Positions 56,826-64,000 of a stretch of 64,000 nucleotides of DNA are shown one piece after another; position 1 is the first letter of the stretch, and the number at the start of each line of letters is the position of its first letter. The translations under genes were made by a program, and so were the position numbers. The stretch covers positions 89,929 to 153,928 of the forward strand of contig JAFVRG010000021.1 in the NCBI GenBank assembly GCA_017504405.1, in the 5' to 3' direction. The notes beneath the pieces were generated by a model, which was not told the DNA's origin, searched no databases, and saw only the letters and a program-made list of their open reading frames with translations. The DNA is from Clostridia bacterium (lineage in GTDB: Bacteria; Bacillota; Clostridia; Oscillospirales; CAG-272).

Positions 56826-57413
56826 CTATTTTAAAAATTCGCGGAGCTTCACCTTGAAACGGTTTACAGTATTCGCAACCGATTTCTCGCTCTTATTCAG
56901 AGCCTTTGCTATCTGAGGAACAGTATTCCCCTCAATAAAGAGATTGAACACCGAGAGCTCGTAATCCGAAAGCAGCTCCTTAATAATATGATAAATATTC
57001 TCTGCACGTTCGTTCTCAATGAGAATATCGGCAACGTCCGCTCTGACAGCGAGCGCATCGTAGGTGCCATCGGTATCCGAAATAGCATCAAGAGAATACA
57101 ATTCTATCTTATCCTTATTCTTACGAGCAAGAGAAATCAAGGCATGTCTTACGCAAATTTTAGCATATAGCCCAAACGTAACGGCAGTCTGCTCCGTATT
57201 ATAAGTACGGGCTGCACGAAGAAGCGCAACACGCCCCTCCTGCAAGCAGTTATCAAGCTCAAACGAATCCTTCTGAGAGCAGAAGGCATATGAGAGGGAG
57301 GATATGAGCGGCTCATACTCAGTAGCAAGTACAGCGAAAGCATCGCCGTCGCCACGGCGGACACGTGCTATCAGCTCAAGAATTTCCGCATCACCCAACA
57401 TATATTCATCCAA
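56826..57413 (-). CDS. sigma-70 family RNA polymerase sigma factor (group 3/4-like, 195 aa)
   Basis: Region 2-like segment (GDGDAFAVLATEYEPLISSL...) and a region 4 HTH (LSDYELSVFNLFIEGNTVPQIAKALNKSEKSVANTVNRFKVKLR). Confidence 0.8.
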   Translation of the reverse strand: MDEYMLGDAEILELIARVRRGDGDAFAVLATEYEPLISSLSYAFCSQKDSFELDNCLQEGRVALLRAARTYNTEQTAVTFGLYAKICVRHALISLARKNKDKIELYSLDAISDTDGTYDALAVRADVADILIENERAENIYHIIKELLSDYELSVFNLFIEGNTVPQIAKALNKSEKSVANTVNRFKVKLREFLK

Positions 57414-57561
57414 AATAATATAAAATCATAAGTATATTATATCACTACTATGTTAAATGTCAATAGTTTTGTTAATTATTTTTTTACATTTTTCGACATT
57501 TTTTATAGGCTTTGTTGCTTTTGCACACACGCAAGGGTGTTTTTTTGTGCAAAACGACGAA

Positions 57562-58113
57562 TTATTTTATGTAATAATCTATCTGTCCGGTTGCCATACT
57601 CATAAATGCCCTATATACCTCATCGGGGCTGGTTGTGAACTTTTCCTTAATACGCATAGCCTCTGACATTGAGGAAAGCCTGAGAGAAAATCTGAACAAT
57701 TCTCCTGCATAGTCACTCATTACGGCGTCAAGATGTATTCTTTTATCCTCACCCTCGTTTACCGTAACCCTTGTCTTTATATCGTTTTTTCGGAGCGATA
57801 TGAGCTTCGCCGCTATCATGCTGCTCTTCTCTCTTATCGACTCAAGGATGCTACCACGCAGCTCATAAGCAACAGCTCGTCCGCTGTCAGAAATCATATA
57901 ATAGCTTTCGTTTTCGTTCTTTTCCTCTATTACGTGGCCGAGCTCAGTCAGCTCTGAAAAGGACTCGGCAAAATCAAAGCTACCGACGTATCCGCTCTCG
58001 ATAATTATATTGTTGAGAGTGGTATAGTCAACAGGACAGTTGATACCGTCAAGCAAAAAAAGTATAAATATTTTAATATCGGTCTTGTTGTTAAAGCAAC
58101 CGTCCTTTCTCAT
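57562..58113 (-). CDS. DUF4364-like protein (putative winged-helix regulator of Clostridia)
   Basis: ...DIKIFILFLLDGINCPVDYTTLNNII...FSELTELGHV... resembles DUF4364 from memory. The ATG at 58113 has a GGAGG RBS, whereas the track ORF starts at an upstream TTG. Confidence 0.55.
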   Translation of the reverse strand: MRKDGCFNNKTDIKIFILFLLDGINCPVDYTTLNNIIIESGYVGSFDFAESFSELTELGHVIEEKNENESYYMISDSGRAVAYELRGSILESIREKSSMIAAKLISLRKNDIKTRVTVNEGEDKRIHLDAVMSDYAGELFRFSLRLSSMSEAMRIKEKFTTSPDEVYRAFMSMATGQIDYYIK

Positions 58114-58151
58114 AATAGCCTCCAAGGTTTTAAATTTTTGCGTTTTGATAT

Positions 58152-58181
58152 TAAAAGGGGATTGTGTATTGCAATCCCCTT
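58152..58181 (-). terminator. intrinsic terminator of the SBP gene
   Basis: AAGGGGATTG-7 nt-CAATCCCCTT with a T-run on the minus strand after the stop at 58189. Confidence 0.6.
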
Positions 58182-58188
58182 CAACATT

Positions 58189-60120
58189 TTATTTATCTTC
58201 TTCAGTTTCCTCGACATCTGCCGTCAGCTTTGCCTTAGTGCAGATAGCGAAGCCGTTATAGCCAACCTCAATCTTCGAAAGCTTATCACTCTTGAGATAG
58301 AAGTTCTGGTTGTAATAAAGAGGAATTACAGGCATATCTCTCATAAGGAGCGCCTCTGCCTGATGCAGTATCTTCGCTCTGGCATCCATATCCTTTGTTT
58401 GATATGCGCCCTCAATGAGTGCGTCGTAGGAATTGCTGGAATAGCCCGACGGATGCTTCTTTATGCTTCCGTTAGATACCTGGTTTGTATCGAATTTATT
58501 ATTTTCGTTCTTGTTCGATATTGAGAAGTCTGCGCCAAATCCGTTATAGGTGGAGGAAAATCCTGCCAGAGCAACGAACGGGTCAACGGCGAGCATCTGA
58601 TAATCAACTGCAATTATATCGAAATTTCCTGAAATATATGCATTGCGAAGGTCGTCGATTTTGTACTTAACCGGCTCGTCTCCGCCCTCGTCAGCAGCGC
58701 CCTCAGACCACGAGAGAGGCTTTATCTCAACTGAGATTCCAAATACCGACTCCCAACGCTTTGCTATATATGCTGCTACAGCGAGGTCCTCTTCAGCCGC
58801 CTTACAGCTTATATAATAGGTCTTATTGAAGTCAAAGGTTCCGTTTGCCGCAGCCGCATAGAGTGCATTAATTGCCTTGTTAACGGTTGCCTCGTCAACG
58901 GTTGTTTTAATGATTGAGCCGCCGTTTTCACGGAAATCGGCATCGCTGTCGCTACCGTCAAACAGACCGCCTGAAATAAATCCGTCAGCCGCCTTACCGA
59001 ATACGGTAACCTCACGTATCAGCTCCTCCCTGTCTATAACAGATGAGAGAGCAACACGAACAGATGCGGGGAATTTCGCACAGTTCATAACGTAGGAATA
59101 GGTGGACATTGCATCCGAGAGAGTGAGAAGCTCGCTGTTCTTGTACTCCTCTCGTGCCTCAAGGGAAAGCTCGCCTACATAGAATACCGTCTCCTGCTCG
59201 AATTTCTCAAGTGTCTTATCAAGCCACGCCTTCATCTGATTAGCATAGTAGGTATATGAATCAGCGGAAAGAGTACCGAGCTGGAGTGAGCTGAGGTATA
59301 TTCCCTCATAGCTGTCATCAACCGTATCGTACCACTGAGTTTCAATTGCGTATGGTGTAACGAATTTCTTTATTGAGGTATTTTTCTCGGGATTACGCCT
59401 GTAATTCTTATTTCTCGTAATCGTGAACATACCTGCATCATAGTCTATGTAACCGAATGTGAAGGGACCGTTGGTTTCAACAGTTGCCTTTCTCTTCGAC
59501 CAATATTCATCACGCTGAGAAACAACGCTCTCACGAAGAGGTGTGAGGGCAACGCTGGTCAGGTTACGCATAAACGCCTCGTAATCAACGTTTTCGTTCT
59601 CAAAGTATATCGTAAACTCTCTGTCGCTGTTAAGCTCAACGCCGATGTCGGAGATGGTAACGGGGTTTCCGTCCTCGTCGGTGCCGCGCTTGATATTAAC
59701 CGCATTCTTCACCTCATAGAGAAGTGCCGCCGCCTGATTTTCGGTATTAGGGTCAAGTATTCGCTGCCAAGCAAAGAGAACATCCTCACTGGTGACAGGG
59801 GCGCAGTCGCCACCGCTCCAATAGGTTTCGGCAAGAGTTATCGTCATCGAATTCTCTTCCTCATTTATCTCATAATCCTCTGCCAGACCGTCCTCAAGCT
59901 CGCCGTCCTCATTCAGAATGAACAAGGGCTCATAAACGAGATTGAATATGTCCATTGCATCATCGTCAAGGCAAGCAAGCGAAGGGTCGAAGTCGTAAAG
60001 GCTACTGACGTAATACGCCTTAATAGTCTTACCCTCGTCACTACCTGAGCATGAGGCCATACCAACAGCGGTCGTTGCGAGCATTATAACAGTCAATATG
60101 ACAGCCAAAACTCTTTTCAT
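58189..60120 (-). CDS. ABC transporter substrate-binding lipoprotein, family 5 (peptide/oligosaccharide type), orphan
   Basis: 643 aa. Lipoprotein signal MKRVLAVILTVIMLATTAVGMASC (lipobox). SBP_bac_5-like body. No permease or ATPase genes are adjacent. Confidence 0.8.
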   Translation of the reverse strand: MKRVLAVILTVIMLATTAVGMASCSGSDEGKTIKAYYVSSLYDFDPSLACLDDDAMDIFNLVYEPLFILNEDGELEDGLAEDYEINEEENSMTITLAETYWSGGDCAPVTSEDVLFAWQRILDPNTENQAAALLYEVKNAVNIKRGTDEDGNPVTISDIGVELNSDREFTIYFENENVDYEAFMRNLTSVALTPLRESVVSQRDEYWSKRKATVETNGPFTFGYIDYDAGMFTITRNKNYRRNPEKNTSIKKFVTPYAIETQWYDTVDDSYEGIYLSSLQLGTLSADSYTYYANQMKAWLDKTLEKFEQETVFYVGELSLEAREEYKNSELLTLSDAMSTYSYVMNCAKFPASVRVALSSVIDREELIREVTVFGKAADGFISGGLFDGSDSDADFRENGGSIIKTTVDEATVNKAINALYAAAANGTFDFNKTYYISCKAAEEDLAVAAYIAKRWESVFGISVEIKPLSWSEGAADEGGDEPVKYKIDDLRNAYISGNFDIIAVDYQMLAVDPFVALAGFSSTYNGFGADFSISNKNENNKFDTNQVSNGSIKKHPSGYSSNSYDALIEGAYQTKDMDARAKILHQAEALLMRDMPVIPLYYNQNFYLKSDKLSKIEVGYNGFAICTKAKLTADVEETEEDK

Positions 60121-60387
60121 TTCAAATTATCCTCCGGGATACAGTTATTATAATACACTTAATTATAACATTAAAATTAAATAATATCAACAATAATTTA
60201 TTTGAAAAACAAACATTTGTCGAAATGCACAAAAAACGTACTATCTTTTTGTGCAATATGTATATGTGTTCTTTTAAATATATACCATTGCCGTTAAAAA
60301 ATATCAAACTTAATTTTTTTGTCATAACCGACGGCAGTACAAAATATATTATAGCAAGAAAGTCAGGCGAGTGCAGGAGGAAAACCG

Positions 60388-61863
60388 ATGACAAATGCAA
60401 ATATATACAAGGACATTGCAAAGAGAACTCAAGGGGATATCTACATAGGTGTTGTTGGACCCGTGAGGAGCGGAAAATCAACCTTTATTAAAAGATTCAT
60501 GGAGGAAATGGTGCTCCCCAACATAACCGACTACTATGACAAGCAGCGCACGGTTGACGTTATGCCGCAGTCTGCTGACGGCCGTGCGGTTATGACGACG
60601 GAGCCCAAATTCATTCCCGACGATGCCGTCAGAGTAAACGTTGGAAACAACATTCTCAATATCAAAATGATAGATTGCGTAGGATACCTGATCCCCGATG
60701 CAATTACAAATGCTGACGATGGCAAGGAAAGAATGGTTAACACACCCTGGTCTGAGGAGCCTATGCTCTTCTCCGAGGCGGCGGAGCTTGGCACGCAGAA
60801 GGTTATCTGCGACCACTCAACTATTGCCTTTATGGTAACGACCGACGGCAGTATAGGCGAGATTCCCCGTGAGAGCTACGAGGAGGCCGAGGCCCGTGTA
60901 ATTGCTGAGCTCGAAAAAAACAGCCGTCCGTATGCTATAATTCTCAATTCCAAAAATCCGAGCGACGAAAATGCAATAAAGCTCGCCTACGAGCTTGAAA
61001 AGAAATACAAGGCACCTGTTGCTCTCATAAATTGCTTACAGCTCGATTCTGAGGATATTGAGCACATTCTGGCTCTGACGCTCGAGCAATTCCCTATGCT
61101 CGAAATGAAGTTCAGCGTTCCCTCATGGGCAAAGAGACTGCCTCACGGTCATTGGCTCAAAAAGAGTCTGACCGAAAGCGTCCGTGAGCTCGCTGATTCT
61201 GTGGAAAAAATGGGCGACGTTGCCCCCGCTCTGGAAAATCTCACTGAAAACCCGAACATCAGGGATATAAAGGTAAAGCAGTTCAGGACGGGTGACGGCG
61301 TGGCAGAGCTGGAAATATCACTCGCCGATAACCTCTATTACCGTGTACTGAGCGAGCTGACGGGGCTTGAAATAACCGACGATGCGGCTCTGGTTTCCAT
61401 AATGCAGGAGCTGTCAGCGACAAAGCGTGAATACGACAAGGTTGCCGAGGCAATAGCAGAGGTCAACGAAACGGGATACGGAATAGTTATGCCCGGCGTT
61501 GACGAGCTGCGCCTGCAAGAGCCAGAAATAATTAAGCAATCGGGCAGCTATGGGGTGAAGCTGCGTGCCGCAGCACAGTCGATACACATGATTCGTGCGA
61601 ATATAGAAACAGAGATAAATCCTATTGTCGGCACCGAGGAGCAATCAGAGGAAATGGTGCGCTATCTGTTGCAGGAATTTGAGGAAGACCCGAAGAAGAT
61701 TTGGGATTCCAATATGTTCGGCAAGAGCCTTTACGAGCTGATAAACGACGGACTTCACTCAAAGCTCGAGCATATGCCCGAGGAATCGAGGGCAAAGCTG
61801 TCCGAAACGCTTGAAAGGATAATAAACGAGGGTAGCGGAGGGCTTATCTGCATATTGCTGTAA
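60388..61863 (+). CDS. spoIVA: stage IV sporulation protein A (spore coat basement-layer ATPase)
   Basis: MTNANIYKDIAKRTQGDIYIGVVGPVRSGKSTFIKRFME... (Walker A), 491 aa, with the characteristic C-terminus ...GGLICILL. Confidence 0.95.
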   Translation: MTNANIYKDIAKRTQGDIYIGVVGPVRSGKSTFIKRFMEEMVLPNITDYYDKQRTVDVMPQSADGRAVMTTEPKFIPDDAVRVNVGNNILNIKMIDCVGYLIPDAITNADDGKERMVNTPWSEEPMLFSEAAELGTQKVICDHSTIAFMVTTDGSIGEIPRESYEEAEARVIAELEKNSRPYAIILNSKNPSDENAIKLAYELEKKYKAPVALINCLQLDSEDIEHILALTLEQFPMLEMKFSVPSWAKRLPHGHWLKKSLTESVRELADSVEKMGDVAPALENLTENPNIRDIKVKQFRTGDGVAELEISLADNLYYRVLSELTGLEITDDAALVSIMQELSATKREYDKVAEAIAEVNETGYGIVMPGVDELRLQEPEIIKQSGSYGVKLRAAAQSIHMIRANIETEINPIVGTEEQSEEMVRYLLQEFEEDPKKIWDSNMFGKSLYELINDGLHSKLEHMPEESRAKLSETLERIINEGSGGLICILL

Positions 61864-61864
61864 A

Positions 61865-61925
61865 GGGACTGCTTACTTTCGGCATAACCGTAAACGAAAA
61901 GAGGTCGGTTCATCCGACCTCTTTT
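61865..61925 (+). repeat. 3'-flank module 1, copy 3 (different terminator stem)
   Basis: GGGACTGCTTACTTTCGGCATAACCGTAAACGAAAAGAGGTCGG-ttca-TCCGACCTCTTTT, 2 nt after the spoIVA stop. The right arm overlaps the last codons of the convergent gene at 61910. Confidence 0.7.
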
Positions 61926-62434
61926 ACTATGTCTTCAAGTAGAGCGACAAATTCCTTTTCTGCCTCATCAAGTGTTTTGTCATTATTGAAATAGTAGTCG
62001 TAATCGTACTGCTCCACAAGGTCGTCGGACACGTTTCCGTACGGCATTTTGCGCTGATTTGCAAAGCGCTCGCCGCCCCTTATAAGCAGTGTTTTTGCGA
62101 CTCCCTCGGTGGCTCTGACAAATTTCTCTATTTCCTCCCCCTCACGTATGTGAAGGAACATAATTTCGCAGTCGGACGAAAGAAATTCATTATATCTATC
62201 GCAAGCCCACCTCGTTGGAAAATCGTTGTATTCAACCGTCAGACGCTTCAAATCCGAGAGGAATTTGCGTGCTTTATCGTCCTTTTCGCCGTGCCAGCCG
62301 CACTGCGCCGCCAATTCCTTTATCGGCGTAATTGACGAGGTATTATATACCCTGAAATGCTTCGCCGCCAGCTCGCACAGCGTGTCCTTACCAACTCCGC
62401 CCGCTCCGTTTATAACAATTACTGTTTTTTTCAT
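61910..62434 (-). CDS. P-loop NTPase, nucleotide/nucleoside-kinase-like (function uncertain)
   Basis: Walker A NGAGGVGKDT. About 174 aa from the ATG at 62434 (GGAGA RBS; the track ORF starts at an upstream TTG). The GKDT P-loop recalls dNMP-kinase-like proteins, from memory only. Confidence 0.55.
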   Translation of the reverse strand: MKKTVIVINGAGGVGKDTLCELAAKHFRVYNTSSITPIKELAAQCGWHGEKDDKARKFLSDLKRLTVEYNDFPTRWACDRYNEFLSSDCEIMFLHIREGEEIEKFVRATEGVAKTLLIRGGERFANQRKMPYGNVSDDLVEQYDYDYYFNNDKTLDEAEKEFVALLEDIVKEVG

Positions 62435-62449
62435 CTCAATCTCCAAAAA

Positions 62450-63727
62450 TCAGTCATTACCGACAATCGCTGAATATATTTCTAACATATCCATTGCATT
62501 TTTTTCTCTGTTATGCGTATCACGGGCTCGCTTTCTCGCATTTTGCGAGAGCATGACAGGCAGAGGGTTGTCGGAAAACATCCTATCAGCATAGTGTGCG
62601 AGCATATACGGCTCGTCAAAGGGATATAAAAATCCGTCTTCTCCGTGCTTCATAAGGGTTTTAATTCCGCCGACATCAGAGGATATGACGGGAACGCCCA
62701 AAATCATCGCCTCGCCAACCGAATTGGATGAATTTTCAATCGAGGACGGGGAAACGAAGACATTTGATTTTAGGTATCTGTCACGCATTTGTTCCTCATT
62801 TAAAAATCCGAGGAAGGTCACGTTTTTGTCAAGCCCGTAGCGCTTTACAAGCTTTGCAATATACTTTTGGTAATAGGTTTTTCGCATCCTCTGCGAAAAG
62901 GAGCGAAGCTCTCTCGGGTCTGTGCCTGTGGTGTAGAGATGGGCATCGGGATATTTTTTCACAATAATTGCCATAGCCTCGAGCATTTTATGAAATCCCT
63001 TGAGCGGATAATTGGACTGACTGACAAAAATCGAATGCTTTTGGCAATTTTCCGCCGACCACTCGCCATCATAGAAGGACTCTCTGAGTGTTTCGTTGCA
63101 AAAATGATATTTTACTTCGGGATTTATCTCTGTAAGGCAGGCAAAGTCCCATTCTGTTCTGCCAATAACATGAGATGCTTTTTTGACTGCCTCTATCTCG
63201 TATTTTCCGCGTTTTTCAAACTTTTTGCGCTGTGATGCGATACTGTCGTGCCTTAGAAAATCACGCAACGTACACGCACGAACGTCCTTTTCTGACATGC
63301 CTGCGAGATAATGATTTTTCGCAATTACCGATATAATCCCCTGAATGCTTATAACCACCTTATCGGAAATACCGAGCTTTTCAGCCGCATTTATAGCTGA
63401 GAGTGTATGCGGAAATTCTGTGCCGAATATATGAATAATGTCGGGCTTTTCCGCATTAAAGGCATTATAAAAATCATTCTCTGCCTCACGGCTGTAAAGG
63501 CAGATGTTTTTCTTCCTGTCATAGCTGTAATAGCTGATAGCGCCGACATTTCCCTTGATTTTCCTCTTTGAGTCCGTCAGGGGAAACATATATACGATGC
63601 TTGCATCCGAATTGGCTTGCAGATTGTTGATATGTCCTAAAATCCAGCTCTCGGGCTTTTCAATCGGCAAGCCCTCTTTTTCTGCAATTTCGGGCAATCT
63701 CGTATTGCATACAAGTAAAATTTTCAT
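62450..63727 (-). CDS. glycosyltransferase family 4 (GT-B fold)
   Basis: C-terminal ...SPSSIENSSNSVGEAMILGVPVISSDVGGIKTLMKHGEDGFL (the EX7E region of GT4). Start at MKILLVCNT. Confidence 0.85.
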   Translation of the reverse strand: MKILLVCNTRLPEIAEKEGLPIEKPESWILGHINNLQANSDASIVYMFPLTDSKRKIKGNVGAISYYSYDRKKNICLYSREAENDFYNAFNAEKPDIIHIFGTEFPHTLSAINAAEKLGISDKVVISIQGIISVIAKNHYLAGMSEKDVRACTLRDFLRHDSIASQRKKFEKRGKYEIEAVKKASHVIGRTEWDFACLTEINPEVKYHFCNETLRESFYDGEWSAENCQKHSIFVSQSNYPLKGFHKMLEAMAIIVKKYPDAHLYTTGTDPRELRSFSQRMRKTYYQKYIAKLVKRYGLDKNVTFLGFLNEEQMRDRYLKSNVFVSPSSIENSSNSVGEAMILGVPVISSDVGGIKTLMKHGEDGFLYPFDEPYMLAHYADRMFSDNPLPVMLSQNARKRARDTHNREKNAMDMLEIYSAIVGND

Positions 63728-63764
63728 AATACCACCTAAAATCAAACGGAATTCTAATTGCCGT

Positions 63765-64000
63765 TTATTTATCTGCGAAAAGGGTTTTTCCGCGAATTTT
63801 TACGCTCCAGAATTGCCAGAGCCACTTGGGAATCAGCGATTTTATTTTAACAATTCTCGCTATTTTCTTTGCTCTTTTTGCCGCCGCCCTCTCGTCAAAT
63901 TCTACGCCGTAGGATTTTTTGATTACCGACTGCTCCGCTATACATTTATCGAGGTTTTGCGTGCTGAGTCCGTCGGTTGCAAAATAGGCAACGGTTGCGT
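63765..64000 (-). CDS. C-terminal part of an unidentified protein (5' end beyond the right edge)
   Basis: Hand translation gives ...ATDGLSTQNLDKCIAEQSVIKKSYGVEFDERAAAKRAKKIARIVKIKSLIPKWLWQFWSVKIRGKTLFADK* with the stop at 63765-63767. It lies upstream of and is co-directional with the GT4 gene. No family recognised. Confidence 0.45.
   Translation of the reverse strand, partial: ATVAYFATDGLSTQNLDKCIAEQSVIKKSYGVEFDERAAAKRAKKIARIVKIKSLIPKWLWQFWSVKIRGKTLFADK

Noticed and set aside
58189-60120. Orphan family-5 substrate-binding lipoprotein as something unusual
   Set aside because: Stand-alone SBP genes that serve distant ABC permeases are common in Clostridia. Nothing in the sequence suggests a special role.
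60122-60491. ORFs 60122-60481(-) and 60225-60491(+) in the AT-rich region upstream of spoIVA, and a sigma-E promoter there
   Set aside because: The ORFs are low-complexity (I/L/F/K-rich) translations of AT-rich DNA without RBSs. For the promoter, GTCATAA...CAAAATAT (60321-60348) only loosely resembles the sigma-E consensus (kmATATT-N14-CATACAnT), which is too weak to annotate.

Overview
This 64-kb window looks like chromosome from a spore-forming Clostridia genome. Markers are spoIVA, the ecfA1-ecfA2-ecfT-truA operon, rplI-dnaB, ruvC and ruvAB, ftsH-tilS and rpsF-ssb-rpsR. GC is in the mid-40s percent by eye. I call about 60 protein genes, one tRNA-Leu(UAG), one preQ1-I riboswitch ahead of queT, and several sigma-A-type promoters and intrinsic terminators. 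Most of the window is ordinary housekeeping. I see no rRNA, CRISPR, recognisable transposase or integrase, or defence-type operon. Three things are not explained by ordinary annotation. (1) An AT-rich ~1-kb islet sits directly 3' of tRNA-Leu (7178-8147). In it, an orphan 123-aa ORF with its own promoter and terminator is bracketed by two direct copies of an unusual array. Each array has a constant 10-mer, GTATATCATC, repeated three times, followed by its reverse complement three times. Nearly every spacer is a different short perfect hairpin. (2) A dispersed intergenic repeat family occurs in convergent gene gaps. A ~60-nt module containing TTTCGGCATAACCGTAAAC plus a terminator follows three unrelated stop codons (47798, 56128, 61865). 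A ~147-bp module occurs in two copies (47885, 56216) and carries a 15-bp stem and a conserved small hydrophobic ORF. (3) The mgtE leader has a clear terminator/antiterminator, but I cannot match it to the M-box from memory. All functional interpretations of these three are hypotheses and need database or structure searches I cannot run.
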